64,000 nt of DNA from an uncultured Lachnospiraceae bacterium (GTDB lineage Bacteria > Bacillota > Clostridia > Christensenellales > UBA1242): positions 138,306 to 202,305 of the forward strand of contig CAYLHO010000002.1 in assembly GCA_964383665.1 (NCBI GenBank). Reading direction: 5' to 3'. Below the pieces are notes generated by a model. It was not told where the DNA came from. It made no database searches and saw only the letters and a program-made list of their open reading frames with translations. Of the stretch, positions 17,901 to 26,253 are shown piece by piece. The stretch's first letter is position 1; each line of letters begins with the position of its first letter. The position numbers and the translations under genes are program-made.

Positions 17901-20326
17901 TCGAAAAACTTGTAACAATTTATGTTCATAAGAGAACTGGAATTATTCTTGAAAAAGAAAACGTTGTAACCTCAAAAACGAATTGGAAAATTGGCGTTGA
18001 ATTCAGCCCTTCCGATTCTCTTTCAAGAAAAACAATCAACTATGTTTCAAGCGATGAAAACGTTGCAACAGTTGAAAACGGAAACATTGTTTTCCTTAAA
18101 GAGGGAAGTGTTGTTATAACAATTAATGTTGTTTATAATGGCGAAATTGAAACTTCAAAACAATTCAAAATTCGAAGCACTTTTGGCAAGGTTGAAAGTT
18201 TCAACATTGACGTTTCAAGTTGGACGCTGAAAAACGGCGAGAGCAAGGTTATTTCAATAAGCAACGTATATCCAAGCGATTTCTCGGGCGAACTTTCGAT
18301 TTCTTCGAACAACGAAACGGCATTTAAACTTGAGAAATTAAGCGAGATAAGCTTTAAAGTTGAAGGCTTGAAGCGCGGAACTGGAACAATTGTTGTTAAG
18401 TTCAGTGGAAGCGATTCCTTTGCTCAAAATGTTTCAATTGAGGTTAAACAAATTTCAACATCTGTTGAGTTTCAACAAAACGGGAAAACCGTTTCAAGCA
18501 TTAAATCTTTTGCCAATGTTGTTGATTTAACAGCAATTGTTAAACCTTTCGATTCTAATGAAACCGCGGTTGAATGGGAAGTTGAAAGCGGGAATGCAAC
18601 CGTCAGCGAAAACGGGCAAGTTACATTTGTTGTTGGGGCATATGGCGAGGCAGTTATCGTTGCAAAAGCAAAGGACGGCGGAAGCCAAGGGAAGATAACA
18701 ATAACCTATGTTCAAGAAATTGATGGGTTCAACATTTCACATTCAGGAAAAACAGTTGCTTCGGGCGGAACAGTTTTCTTGGGGTGGAACGTTAACGACC
18801 TCATTTTGGGAATTGAAATTTTGCCAGCAACGCTTAAAGATTTTAACATGTTCGAATATTTCACAATAACTTCTTCAAACGGAAGCACTGCTCAAATTGA
18901 CGAGAATGGAAAAATTCAAATTGCAACTTTAAGCCACGAAACAAATCCATCATTTACTGATGTTATAACAATTAAATATAAGGATTTATATACTAAAACA
19001 ATTAATATTATAAGAGATGGAATTCAAAGAGTTGATTTTGGGAATCACGATAACGAACTCGATTCAACATATGGCTTGCAACAAATGAGATTGTTTGGGA
19101 ACAGGTCGTATTACGATGGAATCCAAAATTACTACCGAATGACTGTTAATGTTTATCCAAACAACAACCTTTCGTCAAACATCATTTGGGAAACTTCCAA
19201 CTCAAACGTTTCTGTTGTTAATGCGAACGGTTATGCTGATATCTATTTCAACAGCATTTCGGGAAGCACTGTTCAAGAAATTTATGATGATGATTTCAGC
19301 AAGGGCGAAATAACAGTTTATGCAAAAAATCAAGCCGGGGAACTCCTTTATTCCTACACTTTCCATATTGTTAATGCAGTTAACGTTTTCGATCAAGCAG
19401 GTTATGTTAACGGCGGAAGTGAAATTGTTTTGCAAAAGAGTTTGGGACATGACGACCAAGCGGCGCTCATTGAAAAAGGAAGTTATGCACGTCTTGACGC
19501 ATATGCTGCAAAAACAACCATTTTTGGAAATGGATTCTTAATTAACTTTGCCCACAGAAACAAAGACACAAGCGAAGCTTCCTATACAAACTATGAAAAC
19601 ATTCAAGTTAACATTAAAAATGCAATAAATTTAACAATCCAAGGCTCAAACTACGACAGCACGCGTGAGTCGTATAACATTGAACTTACGGGAACAGAAA
19701 AACTTTCCTATTGCGAAATTTACTATATGTATCGTTCGGTTGAAAAAACTTCGGGGAACATTTATGTTAAACGCTGTTTATTCAGAACGTTCAAGTCATC
19801 TGGAATAATTGGGTCGGCAAACGACACGAAAAACTTATATCTTGAGGACATAATCATGTTCGACGTTGGAACTCGTGCAATTGAACTCCAAAAAAATGGA
19901 ACAGCATATCTTAAAGGCTTCATCGATGTTTATAACTTCCAAAACAAAGATGCAATTAAAGAATACACATCAATTGGAGCAAGCACCATTATAAACAGGT
20001 TTAACGCAGGCAACATGGTTGTTGAAGTTAACGGCGAAAAATGGGTTAACATGGTTGGAATCTCTTCCAAAGGAACAGATTTAAAAATTTACTATTATAA
20101 TTACGATACGGGAGAATATGAATATAAAGAAAACGGGGACCACACTTCCGCATATGGCCTTACAAGAATAACTTATGGACTTGGAAGTTTGGGAATAACC
20201 GCTTGGTCCTATACGAATGGATCGCAACCGCATTTAACCTATGCCAACGAATTTAAAGATGACGGCTCACTTAATGTTGAATATATGATTTCAACAGTTC
20301 CAAAAATCAAACGTCTTACAACTTAA
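11948..20326 (+). CDS. giant (2792 aa) membrane-anchored surface protein with about 20-25 Big_2-type Ig-like repeats and a non-Ig C-terminal domain (possible beta-helix)
   Basis: GGGAGGAAAG SD 14 nt after the permease stop. N-terminal hydrophobic anchor MKKIMIFSIILMPLIVLGIMFLSG. The signature S[SN]xxxVATVxxxGxVxxxxxGxxxIT recurs throughout, for example SSDSSIATVNSEGQIQFLKRGTVVITAKA and SSDENVATVENGNIVFLKEGSVVITINV. The last ~440 aa lack this pattern. No LPXTG or choline/SLH motif was seen. Confidence 0.85.
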   Translation: MKKIMIFSIILMPLIVLGIMFLSGSIVKMSTYLYVEYIEFVDDEIVLNKTSGENVSHALKVNVFPVLANNKEVEFWSANENIVSVDENGNLTSRDFGSTYVYAKSKENGAKQATCKVVVTSEKVHKIWAENSVSTMYVGSTHRFNVKYAPLEAKEVSFNITSSNPSALYVSQDGELVARAKGASTITISLKSDPNITCSFDVDVKVKAEGIWIEDSSSVTSAKTSFSFPEIKFSPSTAEEKISYFSSDSSIATVNSEGQIQFLKRGTVVITAKAENVNDEVIKSYTSTFGYFKNVSFSTLNERELNFEDWQNSDLNLIWTGFPEDGNLENISLVSSNESVVKVENGKLKVVGGGEATITIVAKTSETETTTASITLNVNRKIDSISFDRPNFSFVSSRAIDLATAFPADATERIEYEISNTEIATVENGKLVFSSAVLNNKCGKVSITAKTKSGLAKTITVVYLDSSVQRIDLGNQDQLNLTLPKTGEPSLSFAVVSTRDDLNDLSLKIESGSDVLTQNGYIFTLKNNGSAEIGVYFNGETNPSKRIGVSVKKDVEEIQNIKVFATWEGLDSKQYSSSERIYSSSKVFEISYNLFPSGTTKTEADLEIVSGDAAQIVDGKICFVKAGKVRVRIFADQASEEFEIESTFMLPNENTVVTKNVEIFKGSSISIWSLIEVLPENADRNNITFQTSSTSISIDENGNIFGVCGGEAKIEVSIPTPNQTISKEINVFVKENAEKVVVLGNEIEFITNQTYNFKNKFKVYPETANLKTQITFGVENENVAYINSEGNLVFKEAGRCVVYAKLENDFVARISVAYVGNSLVLRETTANVLEGTKFVVIPSSEVLSNAKYSDDFISSSENISVSNGLFITVLGSGEVTFAGETYSLNCVKKITNVSISAENALDIDLRGGKNITGLSSLKLVGNVFGAQSEFIETTFASSNLTVATISQTGVLSFNSAGEVEITFEAKFVDSVLGANKILHSTKIKIQSTFGEINEIVPSQTGKFEFTIDDENPINNIINICSYVNSFPTQVSMTSENVKLVLSNNLLANVNGLEIQFVKGGTLGVEIQIKQGDKFVLASKIEFEIKKNAEAIYVNEKEIVNMKTYSWNKSTLFLNPVAFPEDSNINNKITWEVVENNGVAEVDASKNKIVFKKTNETISIKFTLGENENIKEFVVYLKATTITFEVDVESETFVVPSKEPFTFVSSEGEILNLIVNFGSEFASLRELSEGVYVIDESCVGNVLISVDGNERTVKLVSTSNINKIENVGISDVKMNGETEVVSAIENGLSLVTASKEVGIEYIVPVGYNKLGNLISCQIATSNSEIATIDGTKVVFKKAGIAKITLTIAFDDAYGEKSIAFSFEIRSTFGNIEEFNVPQDSYSFLYDELEQSELTFDILSSLTRVSPSYGEVSLPEVSINNNSVIKFINNKFEIVGSGTAKIEIKWGNATKIINVGISKQIDGLKFVDNGQPLTQIVIKTKTYNLNYEILATNSAFAPTLRDVEITVVGNATINGKVLTFNEVNEKCVVTVKAKDGNATANLVVVCVSEDVNVISATSSLNRTVVKAGETNIFNFDFGETFVELLNPSNDSIVFNSTLGTFKVTKGLEGQLQLSNGQIITIIATQEVGGINFKTGAWESGKITALGSSSDGKGIDLNEIYGASISPVSARTEAGAYVVEILVDDPSIAYVENGFLYFIKQGEVTLTFKAGNVEEKRKIESTLGFAKSVEFENADGLQFEFTTREYVLPENMFSVFPSDAYIIGATFKSLDESVFKVENGKLIFVDGGTANLELSVEISRTETISITKEVYVVNRATGIDFFDGEIKVGRIVKNAKPNSTMVLSYVINSVGVLSPYNVVFESSNESVATIANGIVTFVGNGTTTITVKVQSKLNDETQFDAVASLKIVNNENYEIKSITQADNEIYLESESANLGVIYPKFNMSDLDFEFVQQSGLDVVSIGENGEINKISGGEATVLIRAEGFEKLVTIYVHKRTGIILEKENVVTSKTNWKIGVEFSPSDSLSRKTINYVSSDENVATVENGNIVFLKEGSVVITINVVYNGEIETSKQFKIRSTFGKVESFNIDVSSWTLKNGESKVISISNVYPSDFSGELSISSNNETAFKLEKLSEISFKVEGLKRGTGTIVVKFSGSDSFAQNVSIEVKQISTSVEFQQNGKTVSSIKSFANVVDLTAIVKPFDSNETAVEWEVESGNATVSENGQVTFVVGAYGEAVIVAKAKDGGSQGKITITYVQEIDGFNISHSGKTVASGGTVFLGWNVNDLILGIEILPATLKDFNMFEYFTITSSNGSTAQIDENGKIQIATLSHETNPSFTDVITIKYKDLYTKTINIIRDGIQRVDFGNHDNELDSTYGLQQMRLFGNRSYYDGIQNYYRMTVNVYPNNNLSSNIIWETSNSNVSVVNANGYADIYFNSISGSTVQEIYDDDFSKGEITVYAKNQAGELLYSYTFHIVNAVNVFDQAGYVNGGSEIVLQKSLGHDDQAALIEKGSYARLDAYAAKTTIFGNGFLINFAHRNKDTSEASYTNYENIQVNIKNAINLTIQGSNYDSTRESYNIELTGTEKLSYCEIYYMYRSVEKTSGNIYVKRCLFRTFKSSGIIGSANDTKNLYLEDIIMFDVGTRAIELQKNGTAYLKGFIDVYNFQNKDAIKEYTSIGASTIINRFNAGNMVVEVNGEKWVNMVGISSKGTDLKIYYYNYDTGEYEYKENGDHTSAYGLTRITYGLGSLGITAWSYTNGSQPHLTYANEFKDDGSLNVEYMISTVPKIKRLTT

Positions 20327-20356
20327 AAAAACACGCTTTCAAAGCGTGTTTTTTTA
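20323..20356. terminator. bidirectional intrinsic terminator between convergent genes
   Basis: A-run, stem ACACGCTTT / AAAGCGTGT (20331-20349), T7 run. Confidence 0.8.
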
Positions 20357-20689
20357 CATTGATTGTTCTGGGGGAACTTTTTCAAGGCTTGAAACGTTAA
20401 GTGTTGTAATTTGTGTTAAGGAATTGAAAGTTTGGTCGATTGAAATGTTTCTTGCTTTTTCAATTTTGCTGTAGTTAGGAGTTATTTTGTTAAAAATTTG
20501 GATTGCAAAATCAAGGATCTCGGCAACTGAAAGGAACTTTTGTTTGTCATAAACAATAACCTTGTGTTTGTTAAATATTGCAACACCGTGTGAATAATCC
20601 AAATCGGCAATGAAAGAGTCCAAAATTTCAACTTCTTTCTTAAATTCTAATTCTCTTTTTTTTATGAACTTTCTTTGCCTTATTGTCAT
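20354..20689 (-). CDS. hypothetical protein (111 aa)
   Basis: Complete ORF with a GGGAGA SD. No recognisable motif. Confidence 0.55.
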   Translation of the reverse strand: MTIRQRKFIKKRELEFKKEVEILDSFIADLDYSHGVAIFNKHKVIVYDKQKFLSVAEILDFAIQIFNKITPNYSKIEKARNISIDQTFNSLTQITTLNVSSLEKVPPEQSM

Positions 20690-20790
20690 ATTTATCTCCC
20701 TACATATATTTATTATATATCACGCGTTTTTGTTAATGTCAATATCAAAAATAAAAAAATTTTTATTTTTTTGACTAAAAAAAATTTAAT

Positions 20791-20820
20791 TTGACACATC
20801 GCAAAAATTTAAGGTATACT
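20791..20820 (+). promoter_or_regulatory. promoter of the HAD hydrolase gene
   Basis: TTGACA (20791-20796), 18-nt spacer, TATACT (20815-20820). Confidence 0.5.
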
Positions 20821-20845
20821 TGTGGTAAATTAAGGAGAGAAGGAC

Positions 20846-21607
20846 ATGGAAAAATGTGTTATTCTTGTTGACCTCGACGGAACAATTGTTGAAATTGCTG
20901 GGAAAGAAATTAAAGAAAACGTTATTGGCGAAATTAAAAGACTTAAAGAAAATGGGCACATTCTTGTTGTTGCAACCGGAAGGGCAGTTTCAAGCGTTAA
21001 AAACATTTTGGGAGTTGAAAATTTTAACTTTGTTGCATCGATGTTTGGGAACATAATTTTCGATTCAAACGGGAACGTGGAAATTGTTGGGAACTTTTTC
21101 GACGGTGAAGAAGCAAGAAAACTTGTTAATGCGTTTAATGCAAGCGGAAACTACTGGCTTTATAAAACGGCTTTTGAGAATAAGACCATTTTTTTGAACG
21201 AAGAACTTAATCGATTGCATAATGTTAGGGTTGTTTCTAAAAGCGAATTTGAAAGCGATTTGAACAACAACCAAATTTTTCAAATGCTTGCATATGGCGA
21301 GGAAATTGAAAAAGTAAAGGACTATGAAAAATCACAGTTTTTCAGAATGCCTGGTGGCTATTTCGACATAACCCCAAAGGGGAACACAAAGAAAAATGCA
21401 GTTGACTTTTTCAAGAAAAAATTTCCGGGATATAAAACAATTGCAATTGGCGATTCCGAAAACGACGTTGCTGCATTCGAAAATTGTGATGTTTCAATTG
21501 CAATGGGAAATTCTAGCGATGAAATTAAGGCGCACGCAACATATGTTACGAAATCAATTTCGGAAGACGGATTTGTTTATGCCTTTAGAGATATGTTAAA
21601 ACTTTAA
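20846..21607 (+). CDS. Cof-type HAD-IIB family phosphatase
   Basis: 253 aa, AAGGAGAG SD. HAD motif I LVDLDGTIV, motif II VVATGR, motif IV GDSENDVAAFENCDVSIAMGNS. Confidence 0.85.
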   Translation: MEKCVILVDLDGTIVEIAGKEIKENVIGEIKRLKENGHILVVATGRAVSSVKNILGVENFNFVASMFGNIIFDSNGNVEIVGNFFDGEEARKLVNAFNASGNYWLYKTAFENKTIFLNEELNRLHNVRVVSKSEFESDLNNNQIFQMLAYGEEIEKVKDYEKSQFFRMPGGYFDITPKGNTKKNAVDFFKKKFPGYKTIAIGDSENDVAAFENCDVSIAMGNSSDEIKAHATYVTKSISEDGFVYAFRDMLKL

Positions 21608-21678
21608 TATGTCTTCTTTATTTTATTTGAGTTCGATTTTTAACTTTGATATAATAATTTTATTAAAAGGGAAGGGTT

Positions 21679-23397
21679 TTGAAAAAATTATTTCGGTTTT
21701 TTAAGGGGTATAAAAAGCAAATGGTTGGAGCACCGTTGCTTAAGTTTTTTGAAACCATAACCGACATCGTTATTCCGCTTCTTGTTGCAAACATGATTGA
21801 CATAGGCGTTAAGAATCACGATGTTAAATATATTGCAGTTTGGGGCTCGGTTGTTGTTGCGCTTAACATTGTTGGAATTGTTAGCGCAATTCTTTGTGCG
21901 CGCCTTTCGGCAAAAGCATGCTCCGGGGTTAGTTATCAAATGCGCAAGGGCTTATATGAGCACATTAACACTCTTTCCCATGCTGAACTCGACAAGTTTG
22001 GAACGGCATCGCTTAACAACAGAATGACCCATGACGTTTCAAGAATCGACACGGCGCTTGGAATGTTTTTAAGAACAGTTATGCGAACCCCGTTTTTAAT
22101 TATTGGCTCAACTGTTATGGCAATGATAATCGACCTTAAACTTTCGCTTCTTTTCCTTGCTGTTGCGCCGCTTATTTTGCTTGTTGTTTTCTTAATTTTG
22201 AAAAAAACCGAGCCTCTTTATGACAAAACCCAAAAAGATTTGGACAAAGTTTCGGAAATAACCCGCGAAAATTTGGAGGGAGCAAGGGTTATTCGTGCAT
22301 TCAACAAACAAGAGTTTGAGGAAAAAAGATTTTCTTTGGCGGCAAAAAAGCTTAGGAAATCCGCAACAAAAGTTGTTTCAATTTCCTCGCTCATGACGCC
22401 AATAACCGGAACGATAATCAACTTTGCTGTTATTGCGGTTATGTGGTTTGGCGGACTTCAAGTTAACGTTGGAGGTTTAACCCAAGGGCAAATTATTGCG
22501 TTTGTTAACTACCTTCTTCAAATTGCTGCTGCGCTTGTTTCGCTTGCGAACTTGATTATTGCTTTCATTAAAGCATTCAATTGCGCAAACAGAATTAACG
22601 AGGTTTTTGAAACGAAACCTTCGGTTGTTGAAACGAACAAGGAAGAAATTGTTGTTGAAACAACAAATGAAATTCCAAAAATTGAATTTAAAAATGTCAG
22701 CTTTAAATATTCCAATTCCTCAAAAACTGCCGTTAAGAACTTGAGTTTCAAGGCATATCGCGGGCAAACAATTGGAATTATTGGCGGAACAGGAAGCGGG
22801 AAAAGCAGCGTTATTAACCTCATTCCAAGATTCTACGACGCAACAAGCGGAAAGGTTTTGATTGACGGGGTTGACGTTAAAGAATATTCCTTTGGTCAAC
22901 TTCGCGGGAAAATTGGAATTGTTCCTCAAAAAGCAGTTTTGTTTAAGGGCTCGCTTAAGGAAAATCTTCGATGGCGAAAACAAGACGCAACAATTGATGA
23001 AATTCAAAAAGCAATAAGAATTTCGCAAAGCGAGGAGTTTGTTAAGGAACTTCCTGAAAGGTTGAATTTTAAGGTTCAAGCCGGAGGGAAAAACTTTTCG
23101 GGCGGTCAGCGCCAACGCCTAACAATTGCGCGTGCGCTTGTTGGCGACCCCGAAATTCTTATTCTTGACGACAGCGCCTCTGCGTTGGACTTTGCAACCG
23201 ATGCTGCGCTTCGAAAGGCAATTAAAGACGAAGTTGACGCAACGGTTATTTTGGTTTCCCAACGCGCAAATACCGTTCGAAACGCGAACCTCATAATTGT
23301 TATGGAGGGCGGCGATGTTGTTGGAATGGGAACTCATAAGGAACTTATGGAATCTTGCACTGTCTATCAAGAAATCTATTCATCTCAAACAAAATAA
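21679..23397 (+). CDS. ABC transporter permease/ATP-binding protein (type IV exporter half-transporter, subunit 1)
   Basis: 572 aa, TTG start after GGGAAGGG. Six-TM domain plus NBD: Walker A GGTGSGKSS, signature FSGGQRQR, Walker B ILILDDS. Confidence 0.9.
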   Translation: MKKLFRFFKGYKKQMVGAPLLKFFETITDIVIPLLVANMIDIGVKNHDVKYIAVWGSVVVALNIVGIVSAILCARLSAKACSGVSYQMRKGLYEHINTLSHAELDKFGTASLNNRMTHDVSRIDTALGMFLRTVMRTPFLIIGSTVMAMIIDLKLSLLFLAVAPLILLVVFLILKKTEPLYDKTQKDLDKVSEITRENLEGARVIRAFNKQEFEEKRFSLAAKKLRKSATKVVSISSLMTPITGTIINFAVIAVMWFGGLQVNVGGLTQGQIIAFVNYLLQIAAALVSLANLIIAFIKAFNCANRINEVFETKPSVVETNKEEIVVETTNEIPKIEFKNVSFKYSNSSKTAVKNLSFKAYRGQTIGIIGGTGSGKSSVINLIPRFYDATSGKVLIDGVDVKEYSFGQLRGKIGIVPQKAVLFKGSLKENLRWRKQDATIDEIQKAIRISQSEEFVKELPERLNFKVQAGGKNFSGGQRQRLTIARALVGDPEILILDDSASALDFATDAALRKAIKDEVDATVILVSQRANTVRNANLIIVMEGGDVVGMGTHKELMESCTVYQEIYSSQTK

Positions 23398-23424
23398 AAG
23401 TCGAAAATAAATTAGGAGATTAAA

Positions 23425-25437
23425 TTGGCAAAAAAGGAAATTGAACAACAAAGAACAAAAGCGCAGGAACGCGAGTTCAGGAAATTGCAAAAAGCAATTG
23501 CCTCTTTGCCCAAGCCTTCTTTTAATAACCCCGAAAGAGTTCAACCCGCAAAAGAAGTTAACGTTCCAAGCGTCATTCCGGCGGCAATTAATAATCCCGT
23601 TGTTGCTTCAAACGAGGAGAAGGTTCAAAAAATTATTGATGCACCATTAATTTTGGACACCAACTCCAAACGAATTGAAAGCGTTGCAAAAATTAAAAAA
23701 CCAAAAGCTCGCTCAACAATTTTCCGAACCCTTGCCTATCTCAAAAAAGATTGGTGGCTTGTTGTTCTTGCAATTTTGTTTGCAGCAATAAACTCTGTTT
23801 GTGAAATTTTTATCCCAGTTCTAATTGGCGACGGAATTGACTATATCGTTGGGCCAAACGAAGTTCAGTTCGACATGATTTTGAAATATATTGGCTATCT
23901 TTCAATTTGCATTGTTGGATTTGCTCTTTTCAAATGGCTTCTTTCAAGGGTTGCAAATGGGCTTGCCTATCGCGTTGAGCAAAAACTCCATAATGACATT
24001 TTCCAAAAATTCAATAAAGTTCCGCTTAAATATATCGACAATTCAAGCCATGGCGACTTGCAAAGCAGAATGGTTAACGACGTTGACCTTATAACCGATG
24101 GCTTTGTTCTTGGGTTAACAACATTTTTCGATGCGCTTGCAACTGCAGTTTTAACAATTGTTTTTATGCTTCGAATTAACGTCACAATTTCAATTGTTGT
24201 TATTTGCGTAACCCCAATTTCAATTGTTGTTGCTGTTGTTATTGCGAAACTTTGCCACAAACTTTTCAAAAAACAAGCGAAAGCTGTTGGCGACCTTTCT
24301 GGGGTTCTTGTTGAAATGGTTGGGAATCAAAAAATTGTTAAAGGCTTTTCATATGAGGATCGTTCAATTGAAAAGTTTGACGAAATCAATTTGAAACTTA
24401 AAAATGCAAATGAAAAAGCAATGTATTATTCTTCGCTTTCTGCGCCAATTGCGCGTTTTGTTAATGGCTTGCTTTATGCAACCGTTGCAATTATGGGGTG
24501 CTTGTTTGCGCTTAAGGGAACGATGACCGTTGGGAACATTTCGGTTTTGCTTTCGTTTGCGAACAAATATACAAGACCATATAACGACATTGCTGATGTT
24601 TTTGCCGACCTTCAAGCAGCCTATGCCTCGGCGGTTCGTGTTTTCAATGTTTTGGACATGAAAAACGAAATAAGCGATTTTGGTCTTCCAGAAATTAAAA
24701 AATGCACGGGCGAAGTTGTTTTTGAGGACGTAAGTTTTTCCTACACTCAAGAAAAGAAACTTATTCAAACCCTCAACCTTAATGTTAAAAAAGGGCAAAA
24801 GGTTGCAATTGTTGGACCAACAGGCTGCGGCAAGAGCACACTTATAAACTTGCTTATGCGGTTCTATGACGTTGACAAGGGCGAAATTTTTGTAAGCGGC
24901 TATCCAATTGAATCGGTAACCCGAAAAAGCCTTAGACAGCAATATGGAATGGTCCTTCAAGAAACATGGCTGTTTTCCGCGTCAATTCGCGATAACATTG
25001 CCTATGGAAAGGAAAATGCAACCGATGCCGAAATTCGAAAAGCGGCGCGCCTTGCCGGGGCAGACTTCTTCATTCAAACAATGCCAAACGGCTATAACAC
25101 AATCATCAACGAAAATGGCGACAACCTTTCCCAAGGACAAAAGCAACTTATTTGCATTGCGCGCCTTATGCTTGCAAAACCCCCAATGTTAATTTTGGAC
25201 GAGGCAACAAGCAACATTGACACGCGAACCGAGCTTGCAATTCAAAGCGCGTTCGACAAAATGATGGAAGGGAAAACAAGTTTCATCGTTGCCCACAGGC
25301 TTTCAACAATTGTTTCGGCGGACTTAATTCTTGTTATGAACAAAGGAAACATAATTGAGCAGGGAACTCATAAACAGCTTCTTGCCCAAAAGGGTTTCTA
25401 CTACAATTTATATAACAGTCAGTTCAGCAGATATTAA
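23425..25437 (+). CDS. ABC transporter permease/ATP-binding protein (half-transporter, subunit 2) with a ~100-aa N-terminal extension
   Basis: 670 aa, TTG start 7 nt after AGGAG. Walker A GPTGCGKST, signature LSQGQKQL, Walker B MLILDEAT. The N-terminal ~100 residues are hydrophilic and precede TM1. Confidence 0.9.
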   Translation: MAKKEIEQQRTKAQEREFRKLQKAIASLPKPSFNNPERVQPAKEVNVPSVIPAAINNPVVASNEEKVQKIIDAPLILDTNSKRIESVAKIKKPKARSTIFRTLAYLKKDWWLVVLAILFAAINSVCEIFIPVLIGDGIDYIVGPNEVQFDMILKYIGYLSICIVGFALFKWLLSRVANGLAYRVEQKLHNDIFQKFNKVPLKYIDNSSHGDLQSRMVNDVDLITDGFVLGLTTFFDALATAVLTIVFMLRINVTISIVVICVTPISIVVAVVIAKLCHKLFKKQAKAVGDLSGVLVEMVGNQKIVKGFSYEDRSIEKFDEINLKLKNANEKAMYYSSLSAPIARFVNGLLYATVAIMGCLFALKGTMTVGNISVLLSFANKYTRPYNDIADVFADLQAAYASAVRVFNVLDMKNEISDFGLPEIKKCTGEVVFEDVSFSYTQEKKLIQTLNLNVKKGQKVAIVGPTGCGKSTLINLLMRFYDVDKGEIFVSGYPIESVTRKSLRQQYGMVLQETWLFSASIRDNIAYGKENATDAEIRKAARLAGADFFIQTMPNGYNTIINENGDNLSQGQKQLICIARLMLAKPPMLILDEATSNIDTRTELAIQSAFDKMMEGKTSFIVAHRLSTIVSADLILVMNKGNIIEQGTHKQLLAQKGFYYNLYNSQFSRY

Positions 25438-25439
25438 AA

Positions 25440-25460
25440 ACGGCATAAGCCGTTTTTTTT
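25440..25460 (+). terminator. intrinsic terminator after the ABC exporter pair
   Basis: Stem ACGGC / GCCGT, loop ATAA, T8 run. Confidence 0.7.
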
Positions 25461-25698
25461 CTTTCAAATTGAAAAATTTAATTGAAAAATATTGTAAGAG
25501 TTTTAACAAAATTTTTCGAAAAATTTACACTTTTTGTTATAAAATAAACTTTTTTTCTTTAAAAAAGCCCGAAAATACGGCGGTTTGTCGAATTTTTAAG
25601 AAAAATAAAAAAATTTTTAAAAAAAGCGTGAAAATGTTTTGCGTTTTTGGGAATGCTATGTATAATAATAAGGAAATCTAAAAAAGGAGGGGGATGAT

Positions 25699-26223
25699 AT
25701 GAAGTTAAAAGCTAAGTTGATCTCAACAATCGCTGCGTTTGCTATGGTTCTTTGCTTAACAATCGTTGGTGTTTGGGCAGCTGCTTCAGTTAAGGTAAAC
25801 GTAACTGGAACTGTTACATACTCAACTCAAGACGTTAACGTTAAAGTTGAAGGCTCAATCGCTGGTATTGTAGGCGCTAGCGAAAAAACTTTCACTCAAG
25901 AATGGGACGCTGATGACACAACCGGCGAAGCAACATGGGCTCTTGGAGACATCGCATTCGAAAAGAACGCACAAGTTGTTATCACATTGAAAGTTACAAA
26001 CCTCAGCACAGAAGATAACATCACAGCTACATTGTCAAACCAAGGCGCTGCTTCTGGAACAAACACAACAGCAGCTCTCGGAGCAACAACAACAGCAACA
26101 ATCAACGCTTCTGCTTCTGAAACAAAGAATTCACAAGAATTCACTTTCACAATCACTGTTGGTGACTGGAACAAAGCAGCAAGCTACACAATTGATCTTG
26201 ACTTAGATATCGTTAAGGCTTAA
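25699..26223 (+). CDS. small secreted T/A/N/G-rich protein with a SipW/TasA-type signal peptide (putative matrix or fibre subunit)
   Basis: 174 aa with a very strong SD (AAGGAGGGGG). Signal peptide MKLKAKLISTIAAFAMVLCLTIVGVWAAAS resembles the ...GGTWAAF... end of TasA-family signal peptides. The only cysteine lies in the signal peptide, so the mature part has none. Codon usage is atypical for the window (ATC 10 : ATT 2, AAC 9 : AAT 1, TTC 4 : TTT 1). Confidence 0.6.
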   Translation: MKLKAKLISTIAAFAMVLCLTIVGVWAAASVKVNVTGTVTYSTQDVNVKVEGSIAGIVGASEKTFTQEWDADDTTGEATWALGDIAFEKNAQVVITLKVTNLSTEDNITATLSNQGAASGTNTTAALGATTTATINASASETKNSQEFTFTITVGDWNKAASYTIDLDLDIVKA

Positions 26224-26253
26224 TTGTTTAGTTGAAAGAAAAGGGTTATTTCA

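Noticed and set aside
25355-25681. 108-aa plus-strand ORF running from the end of the ABC exporter gene through its terminator into the AT-rich intergenic region.
   Set aside because: It crosses an intrinsic terminator, is out of frame with the ABC gene, and has a Lys/Phe/Ile-rich AT-driven composition and no SD.
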